Shown: positions 1-7,951 of the stretch, piece after piece
Position numbering within the stretch: position 1 is the first letter of the stretch
Layout: each line of letters begins with the position of its first letter
Assembly: GCA_964571695.1 (NCBI GenBank)
Contig: CAZNDG010000012.1
Coordinates: forward strand, 2,296 to 66,295
Length of the DNA stretch: 64,000 bases
Source of the DNA: an uncultured Syntrophus sp.
GTDB taxonomy: Bacteria > Desulfobacterota > Syntrophia > Syntrophales > UBA8958
Direction: 5' to 3'
Notes under the pieces: generated by a model
Databases searched by the model: none
What the model saw: the letters and a program-made list of their open reading frames with translations, nothing else
What the model was told of the DNA's origin: nothing
Translations under genes and position numbers: made by a program

Positions 1-192
1 CTGATCCGTCTCCTGCCGGGGCGACGCGCCCGGGGCCTGTCCGGGTTTGCGCCGTTCCAGATCCGCCTGGATGTCCGCCGCCGTCAGCTCCAAACGCGGC
101 GGGCAGCCGTCTATGACGACACCGATGGCGGGGCCGTGGGACTCTCCCCAGGTGGTGACCCGAAAAAGGACGCCGGTAGTGTTACCTGACAT
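1..192 (-). CDS. aroC: chorismate synthase, N-terminal 64 codons (gene runs off the window start)
   Basis: Minus-strand translation from ATG at 192 reads [51 protein letters not shown]. This matches the conserved AroC N-terminus (FRVTTFGESHG motif). It overlaps the aroK stop by 11 nt. Confidence 0.85.
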   Translation of the reverse strand, partial: MSGNTTGVLFRVTTWGESHGPAIGVVIDGCPPRLELTAADIQADLERRKPGQAPGASPRQETDQ

Positions 193-742
193 CGCTATTC
201 ATCTCCTTTGATTTGATTTTCTTCATTTTTGCCACTAAACCCATGATCTCCGCGGCGACCTCCGCGACGGTCAACCGGCTGGTGTCCACCACTCCGTCGG
301 CGACCCGGCGGTAGGCCGGTTCCCGTTCCCGGAGGAGCGATTTGATTTCCGCGCCCGCATCGCCGCCGGACAGGGGCGGTCGCTGGTCTCCGCTCTCCGG
401 GGCCTGCCCCAGGCGCTTCCTGATCGTGGCCACATCGGCGGTCAGCCAAAAAAACACCCCCCGGATCTTCAGATCCGCCACGTTGCGGCGATCGAGAACG
501 GCGCCGCCGCCCAGGGAGATGACCAGACCGTCCCGGTGGGCGATTTCCCGGATGCAGGCCCGCTCCGCGCTGCGAAAGGCGGGCCACCCGCCGTCGGCGA
601 CGAGCGCGCGGATCGATTTCCCCGTCCGCTCCTGGACCAGGGCGTCCGTGTCGAGAAACGGCCGCCGCATCTTTTCCGCCACCACCCGGCCCGCGGAGGT
701 CTTGCCGCAGGCCCGGTAGCCGATCAACACTATGTTCATCAT
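182..742 (-). CDS. aroK: shikimate kinase
   Basis: The ORF has the Walker A motif GYRACGKTS and a shikimate-kinase-like body ([16 protein letters not shown]). The start is ambiguous: TTG at 751, ATG at 742 or ATG at 739. Confidence 0.9.
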   Translation of the reverse strand: MMNIVLIGYRACGKTSAGRVVAEKMRRPFLDTDALVQERTGKSIRALVADGGWPAFRSAERACIREIAHRDGLVISLGGGAVLDRRNVADLKIRGVFFWLTADVATIRKRLGQAPESGDQRPPLSGGDAGAEIKSLLREREPAYRRVADGVVDTSRLTVAEVAAEIMGLVAKMKKIKSKEMNSDVR

Positions 743-751
743 ATTTTGCAA

Positions 752-2038
752 TTAGACCTGCCTTTGATCATATAATTTATCCAGCTCCCGCCAGAAGCCC
801 GGAAAGGACTTGTCCACGCAGCGGGGATTCCGGATCTTCACCCCCGGGACGACCAGACCCAACACGGCGAAACTCATGGCGATCCGGTGGTCGTTGTAGG
901 TTTCGATTTCTGAGCCGTGGGGATTGCCGCCGTCGATGACGAGGCCGTCCGGTTTCTCTTCCACCGGGACGCCCATCTTCCTCAGCTCCTCCGCCAGAGC
1001 CGCCAGCCGGTCGCTCTCCTTAATCCGGAGCTGGGCCACATTGGCGATCACCGTTCGCCCCGGCCGCACCGCGGCCAGGACTGCCAGGGTGGGGACCATG
1101 TCGGGCATGTCCTGGAGATCGAAGCGCCGCATCCCGGCCCGGAGCGGCCCGCCGGCAACCGCCGCTCCGTTTCCCCTGAGGGAGATGTCGCAGCCCAGTT
1201 CCTCCAGGAGCTTCAGGAAGCCGATGTCGCCCTGCCGGGTCCGGAGGGGGACGTTCTCGACCGCCACGCTGCCCCCGGTGAGGGCCGCGGCCAGGAAGAA
1301 GTAAGCGGCGCTGGAGGCGTCGCCCTCGATCCGGCAGTCCGTCCCCCGGTAGCTCTGGCCGCCCCGGATAATGTAACGGTCGGGAGTTTCCGTCCGGACC
1401 TCCACGCCGAATTCCCTCATGGCCTCGACGGTGACGGCGATGTAGGGCCGGGAGGGGATCAGTCCGGCCAAGTCTATCCGCATATCCCCCGCCGCGTAGG
1501 GGGCGGCGATGAGGAGGGCGGAGACGTACTGGCTGCTGTCGAGGTCCCGCAGGGTAACACTGCCGCCCGGCAATCCCGAAGTGCGAATCGAAACGGGGGG
1601 ATAGCCTTCGCGGCTAAGTCCCCGGGCCGTGATGCCGAGGCTGTTCAGGGCCGCCAGCAGCGGGGCGAGGGGTCGTTCCTGAAGCCGTTCGTCGCCGGTG
1701 AGGAGGAACTCCCCCCGGCCGATGGCGGTCACCCCGGTGAGGATCCGCATGGCTGTACCGTTGTTACCCAGGTAGATCTCCCGGCCCGGATTTTCCAGGC
1801 GGCCGCCGGTGCCGCCCACGACGAGGTCGTCCTGCCGGGGGGTGATGACGGCCCCCAGGGCCCGGAGGGCGGCGGTGAGGTGCGTGGTGTCCTCCGCCAC
1901 GAGGGGGCGACGCAGCAGAGACTCCCCCCGGGCGAGGGCGGCAAGGATCAACGCCCGCTGGGTGTAGCTCTTGGAACCGGGCACGGCCACGGCGGCGTTC
2001 AGTGGATGGAACAGCGGTCTGATGTCAACGGTTTCCAT
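752..2038 (-). CDS. aroA: 3-phosphoshikimate 1-carboxyvinyltransferase (EPSP synthase)
   Basis: The protein carries VPGSKSYTQRALILAALA and full-length EPSPS similarity. The start METVDIRPL at 2038 is preferred over the upstream ATG at 2077. Confidence 0.95.
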   Translation of the reverse strand: METVDIRPLFHPLNAAVAVPGSKSYTQRALILAALARGESLLRRPLVAEDTTHLTAALRALGAVITPRQDDLVVGGTGGRLENPGREIYLGNNGTAMRILTGVTAIGRGEFLLTGDERLQERPLAPLLAALNSLGITARGLSREGYPPVSIRTSGLPGGSVTLRDLDSSQYVSALLIAAPYAAGDMRIDLAGLIPSRPYIAVTVEAMREFGVEVRTETPDRYIIRGGQSYRGTDCRIEGDASSAAYFFLAAALTGGSVAVENVPLRTRQGDIGFLKLLEELGCDISLRGNGAAVAGGPLRAGMRRFDLQDMPDMVPTLAVLAAVRPGRTVIANVAQLRIKESDRLAALAEELRKMGVPVEEKPDGLVIDGGNPHGSEIETYNDHRIAMSFAVLGLVVPGVKIRNPRCVDKSFPGFWRELDKLYDQRQV

Positions 2039-2075
2039 AATATCATTCTCGATGGATCGGTATAAAGTCTCACCC

Positions 2076-2183
2076 AACCCTCCCCTTCAAGGGGAGGGTT
2101 GGGGTGGGGATGGGTTTAATCCCCTCCTGCCATTACCGGTAATAACCCCATCTCCCTCCTTGCCTCCCCCTTGCAGGGGTAGG
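2076..2183. repeat. pair of inverted REP-like units in the aroE-aroA spacer
   Basis: The unit at 2076-2116 has a perfect 10-bp stem (AACCCTCCCC/GGGGAGGGTT, loop TTCAA) followed by GGGGTGGGGATGGGTT. A related unit lies in inverse orientation at 2147-2183. A third copy is at 3273-3309. Confidence 0.6.
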
Positions 2184-2249
2184 AACAAACCACGAAGGGG
2201 ATGGGGAAAACACTTTTTGCGAAGTCATTGCAAAGGCAGCGCCGCCAGG

Positions 2250-3047
2250 TCATAACTCCGGCAGCGCCGCCAGGACAACCCGTTGCATGACCGCCGCCGG
2301 CGCCTCCCGGCCGGTCCAGATCCGGATCTGCTCCGCCCCCTGGCGGACGAAGAGGCCGATGCCGCTTATGGGGGTGCAACCGGCCGCCTCGGCTTCCCGG
2401 AGCAGCTTCGTCTTGCGGGGATTATAAACAGCGTCCATGACGAAGCGGAAATTGGGCAACGACTCCGGGGCCACCGGTGATTGTTCCGTATACGGATGCA
2501 TGCCCACGGGGGTTGTATTGATCAGCACATCGGCCCGGAAGTCCGCTACGGCGGCCAGGGGTCGGACCGGACAATGAAAGTCCCGGACCAGCGCCGCTCC
2601 CCGTTCGGGGGTCCGGTTGAAGATCACCGGCATGCCCCCTTGGCGGAGGATGCCGAAAATCGCCGCCCTGGCCATGCCGCCCGCCCCGAGGACGGCAAAG
2701 GTGTTTCCCCGGATCGGGACGTGCTCTTGCAGTTCCCGGACAAGACCGAGCCAGTCCGTGTTGTCCCCGACAAAACAATCCGCCTGCCTGACAACGGTAT
2801 TGACGGCACCGATCATCCGGGCGTTCGCCGTGACTTCATCAAGATGGGCGGCGATCCCCTCCTTGTGGGGAATGGTGACGCTGGCGCCGTCCAGACTAAG
2901 GGATCTCATCCGGGGGATGATTTCCCCCGCGTCAGCCAACCGGTATGCCTTGTAGGAGGCCTTAAGTCCCATGGAAGCATAGGCGGCCCGGTGCATAGCC
3001 GGGGAAAGGCTGTGCCCTATGGGGTCGCCGAAGAGGGCAAAGCGCAT
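2250..3047 (-). CDS. aroE: shikimate 5-dehydrogenase
   Basis: MRFALFGDPIGHSLSPAMHRAAY is a typical AroE N-terminus, and an NAD(P) glycine-rich site VLGAGGMARA is present. The start at 3047 was chosen inside the longer ORF 2250..3155. Confidence 0.9.
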   Translation of the reverse strand: MRFALFGDPIGHSLSPAMHRAAYASMGLKASYKAYRLADAGEIIPRMRSLSLDGASVTIPHKEGIAAHLDEVTANARMIGAVNTVVRQADCFVGDNTDWLGLVRELQEHVPIRGNTFAVLGAGGMARAAIFGILRQGGMPVIFNRTPERGAALVRDFHCPVRPLAAVADFRADVLINTTPVGMHPYTEQSPVAPESLPNFRFVMDAVYNPRKTKLLREAEAAGCTPISGIGLFVRQGAEQIRIWTGREAPAAVMQRVVLAALPEL

Positions 3048-3272
3048 ACCGCATCCTTCTAACGATTCCCGCTCGGGCCTGTTATCGCCATTGCTGTGCA
3101 AGCCGGCAGCCGAGTTTTTAGTATGAAAATACATCCGTTGGTCTCCCTTAAACATTTTTCATCGTTCGTGGGTGTTGGATAAAATTAAATTCTTTCGCGG
3201 ATGTGTTCCCATATATTCGATTTCATTCATGTCCGGCTTCATTAATTCCTGGATTTGGTCACCAATAATTTT

Positions 3273-3309
3273 CCTCTCCTTTAAGGGAAGGCTCAAGGTG
3301 GGGATGGGT
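3273..3309. repeat. third copy of the REP-like unit (aroD-aroE spacer)
   Basis: CCTCTCCTTTAAGGGAAGGCTCAAGGTGGGGATGGGT shares the hairpin plus GGTGGGGATGGGT tail with the units at 2076-2183. Confidence 0.55.
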
Positions 3310-3365
3310 ATTCCATTATATGAACATTAGGCTTCGCTTTCGTCCCTATTCACGACGGGATGCCG

Positions 3366-4079
3366 TTATGGGTGTTGCATGTTCTTCCCCGGAGGAATCA
3401 ATAAAGCCAGCGCCTTTTGCATCTCTTTGCAGGTGAACTGCCCCGGCGCCGTTTCCCGGCCCCTGGCAGCCGTGGCGTAGGTAAGGTGGGCGCCGAGCAG
3501 CAGCGACATGACCCGGCTGATCTTTCCCTGTTCGCCCATGGCGAAGGCGATGATCTCCTGCCCCCGCTGCTTGGAATAGGGGATCAAGGACAAGATACGG
3601 AGATTGTCCTCCGGAAGCCGGGCCAGGGTAACCACCTTGACGATGTCGCCCCCCTTTTCCCGACAGGCGCGCCAATGCCGCCGCAGGGAACCCACTCCCG
3701 GCGTGCCCCGCCAGTCGTGGCAGGAGATGATGATCCGGGGGCGCGGGCCGCTTTTTCCCGCCGCCGCTGCCGCGGTGAACAGTCTTTCCGCCAGCCGGTC
3801 ATCGGTCGCCGCTTCCAGGTCGAGATAATCGGCGCCGTTGACCGCGGCCCGGCAGAGTAAGTCGAGCCGCTGTTCCTCCGTACCGGCGAAGCTGCCTCCT
3901 TCCTTCCGGCGGCGGTTGGTAACGATAACGGGCCGGGTTTTCGCCCGGAGCAGCACCGCCAGATCGAGGTCGGCGATCAGGTCGAGACGCAGCTCGATGA
4001 GCGTGGCGGTGGGAGGGCAGGCGGCCATTTTTTTCAGGACCTCCGCCATGCTGTCCCCGCCCAGGGAGAGGCAGATCAC
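3366..4079 (-). CDS. aroD: 3-dehydroquinate dehydratase, type I
   Basis: The C-terminal 237 codons of the long ORF 3366..4814 read VICLSLGGDS...IELRLDL...VIVTNRR...IISCHDW...KVVT, which are type I DHQase features. The GTG start overlaps the pheA stop (GTGA). Confidence 0.8.
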   Translation of the reverse strand: MICLSLGGDSMAEVLKKMAACPPTATLIELRLDLIADLDLAVLLRAKTRPVIVTNRRRKEGGSFAGTEEQRLDLLCRAAVNGADYLDLEAATDDRLAERLFTAAAAAGKSGPRPRIIISCHDWRGTPGVGSLRRHWRACREKGGDIVKVVTLARLPEDNLRILSLIPYSKQRGQEIIAFAMGEQGKISRVMSLLLGAHLTYATAARGRETAPGQFTCKEMQKALALLIPPGKNMQHP

Positions 4080-5155
4080 TGTCCCTCCTCTCCCCGGGCG
4101 TAGGAACCGAGGACCTTGATGAAAGTCGTGGTGTTTGCCATCTCCTGAAGGCATCCGGCCACCGGTTCGTCTTCCCGGTGCCCGGCCAGATCGGCGAAGA
4201 AGAAATATTCCCACTTCCGGTCCCGGAGGGGGTGGGACTCGATGCGCAGGAGGTTGATCCTTTCCCGGGCAATGGGAGCCAGGGCCTGGTGCAGGGCCCC
4301 CGGAACATGGGGAGTTCCGAAGAGGATGGATGTCTTGTCCCTGCCGGTCAGCTCCCCTTCCCCGCGGCCGAGGACGAGGAAGCGGGTGGTGTTGCCCGGA
4401 TTGTCCTCTATGTCCGCCGCCAGGATCGCCAGGCCGTTGATCTCCCCGGTGAGCCGGCTTCCCACCGCCGCCCCGGCGGGATCGACCAGGGCCTGTCTGC
4501 CCGCGGCGGATGTGCTGGCCGTCTCGCACTGCTCGACCCGGGGAAGGTTCTCGGCGAGCCAGCGCCGGCACTGGGCCAGGGCCTGGGGGTGGGAGTAAAC
4601 ACGTTCGATTTCCTCCCGCCGGGCATGGTTTGTGAGGAGGCACAGGGAAACCGGCAGGAAGATTTCCGCCCTGATTGATAGGGGAGTCGCGATGAGTCGG
4701 CGCAGGGTATGGCCCACGGAGCCCTCGGTGGAGTTTTCCACGGGGACGATGCCCAGGAAGTTCCGATCCCGTTCCGCCCGGTCGAAGACATGGTCGATGG
4801 TGGCGGCGGGCCACAGTTCCGCGCCGTGGCCGAAATGGGCCCGGGCGGCCAGGTGGCTGAAGGAGCCTTTCGGACCGAGATAGGCGACGGTCAGCGGCGC
4901 CTGGAGCGCCCGGGAGGAGGAAAAAATCTCCCGGAAGATCTCCGCGACTGCCTGGTCTGGCAATGGCCCCGCATTGTGCCGTTTCAGGAAGGCCAGGATC
5001 CGGGCCTCCTGGTCGGGACGGTAAACGTCGGCGTCGGCTTCTTTCTTGACCTTGCCGATGGCGACGGACCGCGACGCCCGTTCGTTCAAAAGGCGCAGCA
5101 ATTCCGTGTCGATGTCCCGCACCTCCCGACGAAGTGTTTCCAGTGATTTTTTCAT
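4076..5155 (-). CDS. pheA: bifunctional chorismate mutase / prephenate dehydratase (P-protein)
   Basis: There is an N-terminal CM helix region (LRREVRDIDTELLRLLNERA), a PDT domain (VAYLGPKGSFSH) and a C-terminal ACT-like region (TSILFGTPHVPGALHQAL). Confidence 0.9.
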   Translation of the reverse strand: MKKSLETLRREVRDIDTELLRLLNERASRSVAIGKVKKEADADVYRPDQEARILAFLKRHNAGPLPDQAVAEIFREIFSSSRALQAPLTVAYLGPKGSFSHLAARAHFGHGAELWPAATIDHVFDRAERDRNFLGIVPVENSTEGSVGHTLRRLIATPLSIRAEIFLPVSLCLLTNHARREEIERVYSHPQALAQCRRWLAENLPRVEQCETASTSAAGRQALVDPAGAAVGSRLTGEINGLAILAADIEDNPGNTTRFLVLGRGEGELTGRDKTSILFGTPHVPGALHQALAPIARERINLLRIESHPLRDRKWEYFFFADLAGHREDEPVAGCLQEMANTTTFIKVLGSYARGEEGQ

Positions 5156-5171
5156 CTTTCCTCTTCCGGCG

Positions 5172-6308
5172 TCACTTGCCGCCTGTCTTAACCCGGCGCT
5201 GTACCTTCCGTTCCGGTGCCGCCGCCGGTAGGATCTCCCTGATCCTCTCGACCGGGATTCCCCCGTTGACGAATGGCATCCCCGGCCTCTTCAGGAGGAC
5301 GAAATGGATCATGCCGCCTGTCTTCTTCTTGTCATGTTCCATCCGGGCCATGATGGCCTCACGGTCCAGGGCGGCGGGCAGCCGGACAGGCAGCCCCAGC
5401 TTCTGGAGGAGCGCGACGATCCGCTCGCCGTCAGCTTCGGGGAGGTGGCCGAGGCGCTGGGAAAGGGCCAGTGCCCCCGCCATGCCGATCGAAACCGCCT
5501 CGCCGTGGGGAAGGGCGTAGGCGGACGCCGCTTCGACGGCGTGACCGAGGGTGTGGCCGAAATTGAGGATACGCCGCAGCCCATGCTCCTTTTCGTCTAT
5601 CTCGACGATCTTCTTCTTGATTTCTCCCGCCCTCGTCACTATGGGCAGGAGGGTGTCCAGGTCGTCGCCCCGCCGCAGGATTGCCGCCCGGTCCTCCAGG
5701 ATTTCCAACAGACCGGGATCGTCGATGACGGCGCATTTGACGATCTCCGCCAGACCGTTGCCCATTTCCCGCGCCGGCAGGGTCCGGAGGAATTCCAGGT
5801 CCGCGAAGACCGCCTTGGGCTGGTGAAAGGTCCCCAGGATGTTCTTGGCGGCAGGGAGATCAACGCCGGTCTTGCCGCCGATGCTGCTGTCCACCTGGGC
5901 CAGGAGGGTGGTGGGGAATTGGAGGCAGGGGATCCCCCGCATGTAGATGGAGGCGACGAACCCCGTCAAATCGCCCACCACGCCGCCGCCCAGGGCGATA
6001 AGTCCCGTGGCGCGGTCCGCCCCCCGGCGGAGTAGTTCCTCGGCAACGGCGACGGCGGTAGCCATGGTCTTGGCCTCCTCGCCGGCGGGAATGGTGATGG
6101 ACTCCAGCGACAACCCCGCCTTCCGCAGGGTTTCCGCCACCCGCTCTCCGTGGAGGGCGGCGACTTTGGCGTCGGTGATGAGGAAATACCGCTGCGCCCA
6201 GTTTCCCTTGGCGATGAGCAGGGCCGCCCGATCCAGGATATCCCGGCCGATGAAAACTTCATGGGACCGGGATGTCTTCTTCTCGAGACTGATCTTGAAG
6301 CGGTTCAT
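5172..6308 (-). CDS. aroB: 3-dehydroquinate synthase
   Basis: Translation from [10 protein letters not shown] shows LIALGGGVVGDLTGFVAS, GGKTGVD and HGEAVSIGM, which are DHQS motifs. The ATG overlaps the aroF stop (ATGA at 6305-6308). Confidence 0.9.
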   Translation of the reverse strand: MNRFKISLEKKTSRSHEVFIGRDILDRAALLIAKGNWAQRYFLITDAKVAALHGERVAETLRKAGLSLESITIPAGEEAKTMATAVAVAEELLRRGADRATGLIALGGGVVGDLTGFVASIYMRGIPCLQFPTTLLAQVDSSIGGKTGVDLPAAKNILGTFHQPKAVFADLEFLRTLPAREMGNGLAEIVKCAVIDDPGLLEILEDRAAILRRGDDLDTLLPIVTRAGEIKKKIVEIDEKEHGLRRILNFGHTLGHAVEAASAYALPHGEAVSIGMAGALALSQRLGHLPEADGERIVALLQKLGLPVRLPAALDREAIMARMEHDKKKTGGMIHFVLLKRPGMPFVNGGIPVERIREILPAAAPERKVQRRVKTGGK

Positions 6309-7333
6309 TGGCGCACCTCGATCCGGTTCTTCATGACCTCTGAAAGGATCCGCATCTCTTCCATAAGCTCGTAGAACTTTTCCGGTTTCAGGGACTGTGC
6401 CCCGTCGGAAATGGCCTTGGCGGGTTCGGGATGGACCTCGATGATCAGGCCGTCCGCCCCGGCTACGATGGCCGTCCGGGCCAGGGGCTTGACGTATTGC
6501 CAGTGACCGGCGGCGTGACTGGGATCGACGATGACGGGGAGATGGGTAAGCTCCTTGAGGACCGGCACGGCGCTGATGTCCAGGGTGTTGCGGGTGGCCG
6601 TCTCGAAGGTGCGGATCCCCCGTTCGCAGAGGATGACGTTGTCGTTGCCCGCGGCAAGGATGTATTCTGCCGCCATGAGGAGTTCCTCGATGGTGCACAT
6701 CATTCCCCGCTTCAGGAGGACGGGTTTTCTCGCCTGTCCCACCTTCTTCAGGAGGGCGAAGTTCTGGACGTTTCGCGCCCCGATCTGGAGGATGTCGGCA
6801 TACTGTTCCACCAGATCCACGTCGGTGGTGTTCATCACTTCCGTCACGACGGGGAGACCCGTCTTCTCCCGGGCCTTCTTGAGGATCTTGAGGCCCTCCT
6901 CTTCCATGCCCTGGAAGCTGTACGGCGACGTGCGGGGTTTGTAGGCCCCGCCCCGGAGTACCTGGGCGCCCCCTTTCCGGGCGATGTAGGCGCTTTCGAG
7001 AAGCTGCGCCTCACTTTCGATGGAGCAGGGTCCGGCCATAACAACGAAATCCGGACCGCCGATCTCCAGATCGCCCACCCGGACGATCGTGTCGCCGTCC
7101 CGGGACTCGCGGCTGGCCAGCTTGTAGGGCTTGAGGATGGGCATGACCTTTTCCACCCCCGGCAGGTGCTCCGTGGCCTTCAGTTGCGCCTTGCCCCGGT
7201 CGTCGCCCACGATGCCGATGATCGTCCTCTCCACCCCCTGGGAGGGGTGGGCCTGGTAGCCCACCGACTCGATCCAACCGATGACGTGGTCCACCTGCTT
7301 TTCCGTGGCGTTTTTCTTCATGATTATAACCAT
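6305..7333 (-). CDS. aroF: 3-deoxy-7-phosphoheptulonate (DAHP) synthase, type I-beta with N-terminal regulatory domain
   Basis: The protein is collinear with Thermotoga-type DAHPS ([38 protein letters not shown]). A GGAGG lies 8 nt upstream of the ATG at 7333. Confidence 0.9.
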   Translation of the reverse strand: MVIIMKKNATEKQVDHVIGWIESVGYQAHPSQGVERTIIGIVGDDRGKAQLKATEHLPGVEKVMPILKPYKLASRESRDGDTIVRVGDLEIGGPDFVVMAGPCSIESEAQLLESAYIARKGGAQVLRGGAYKPRTSPYSFQGMEEEGLKILKKAREKTGLPVVTEVMNTTDVDLVEQYADILQIGARNVQNFALLKKVGQARKPVLLKRGMMCTIEELLMAAEYILAAGNDNVILCERGIRTFETATRNTLDISAVPVLKELTHLPVIVDPSHAAGHWQYVKPLARTAIVAGADGLIIEVHPEPAKAISDGAQSLKPEKFYELMEEMRILSEVMKNRIEVRQ

Positions 7334-7351
7334 TTTTTAGACCTCCAAAAG

Positions 7352-7389
7352 GAAAGGCCATGGGAACCGCCGCCGCCCCATGGCCTTTC
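7352..7389 (-). promoter_or_regulatory. 13-bp stem-loop just upstream of the aroF ribosome-binding site
   Basis: The minus strand reads GAAAGGCCATGGG-GCGGCGGCGGTT-CCCATGGCCTTTC followed by CTTTTGGAGG. Its arms are also complementary to the arms of the upstream terminator hairpin. Confidence 0.55.
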
Positions 7390-7390
7390 A

Positions 7391-7432
7391 GAAACAAAAA
7401 AGCCACGGGGGAACTGCCGCTCCGCCCATGGC
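7391..7432 (-). terminator. intrinsic-terminator-like hairpin in the aro leader (candidate attenuator)
   Basis: The minus strand reads GCCATGGG...CCCGTGGC (8-bp stem with one G.U pair) followed by TTTTTTGTTTCT. It lies between the leader ORF and aroF. Confidence 0.6.
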
Positions 7433-7455
7433 TCATTTTTTATTTTCTCGGGGGG

Positions 7456-7542
7456 TTACCCCTCCCTGAGCGACAGGCGGACCGGCGCGCCGTAAAAATA
7501 ATACCAGTAATAAAAGCTGGAAAGCGCGCTGTGGTTACCCAT
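7456..7542 (-). CDS. candidate aro-operon leader peptide (28 aa, FYYWYYFY)
   Basis: The minus-strand ORF reads MGNHSALSSFYYWYYFYGAPVRLSLREG*. It has eight consecutive aromatic codons in AT-rich codons within a GC-rich genome. An AAGGAG lies upstream at a rather long 16-nt spacing, and hairpins plus a U-tract lie downstream. Confidence 0.6.
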   Translation of the reverse strand: MGNHSALSSFYYWYYFYGAPVRLSLREG

Positions 7543-7584
7543 CGTGTCGGTTGATAGACTCCTTGCCTAAATTCGTGGCATGAG

Positions 7585-7613
7585 AATTACTCACAGTTTT
7601 TTCCCCATGTCAA
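7585..7613 (-). promoter_or_regulatory. possible sigma-70 promoter of the aro operon
   Basis: The minus strand has TTGACA (7613-7608) followed 15-18 nt later by AGTAAT/GTAATT/TAATTC. The -10 assignment is ambiguous. Confidence 0.3.
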
Positions 7614-7859
7614 CAAAAAAATCGTCAGACAAGGAAAAACCCGGCGCTATTGATAGCCATGCCCATAACGGGCATAACAAAAAATTATAAAATCCATTTG
7701 GTTGAGGGCTTTTCCATATAAATTTTCATATATGCCATGTCCGTCCGCCGTGGGTGGTTCCCGATATTGGGAGTTTTGCAGAACCGCGGGAAAATGGTTC
7801 GCAAGCGGCGAATCAAATGTTTTTCTCCGTTTTTCGTGATTGAACTTAACGCCTGGTTA

Positions 7860-7937
7860 TGAATAAGATTTATACGTTACCCATTTCAGAAGTGAATAAG
7901 ATTTCTGAGCCGCGGCGAAGCCATTTTTCAAAGTCTC
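7860..7937. repeat. ~75-bp interspersed repeat, copy A (inverted relative to copies B and C)
   Basis: TGAATAAGATTTATACGTTACCCAT..GATTTCTGAGCCGCGGCGAAGCCATTTTTCAAAG aligns at roughly 85-90% identity (by eye) with the reverse complements of 58065-58131 and 60896-60973. Confidence 0.75.
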
Positions 7938-7951
7938 GATATTATGGACGG

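Noticed and set aside
917-2065. 382-aa ORF on the plus strand, antisense to aroA
   Set aside because: It is a shadow ORF typical of high-GC DNA. It is extremely R/G/P/A-rich and shows no recognisable motifs. The opposite strand encodes a full-length, motif-complete EPSP synthase.
3366-4814. 482-aa ORF suggesting a large protein
   Set aside because: Only the last 237 codons look like a real protein (type I dehydroquinase). The upstream part is an R/G/P-rich out-of-frame overlap of pheA.
5172-6698. 508-aa version of the aroB ORF with a 130-aa N-terminal extension
   Set aside because: The extension overlaps the aroF coding region out of frame and is compositionally non-protein-like. [10 protein letters not shown] at 6308, with an ATGA overlap, is the credible start.
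7011-7436. 141-aa ORF beginning in the aro leader (MSHGRSGSSPVAFLFLKGHG...), first considered as the leader peptide
   Set aside because: It reads straight through both hairpins and 320 nt of aroF out of frame. The separate 28-codon FYYWYYFY ORF upstream is the far better leader candidate.
7340-7580. T-box riboswitch as an alternative explanation for the aro leader
   Set aside because: The leader is too short. I could not find a stem I/specifier architecture or the conserved T-box sequence. The aromatic mini-ORF explains the region better.
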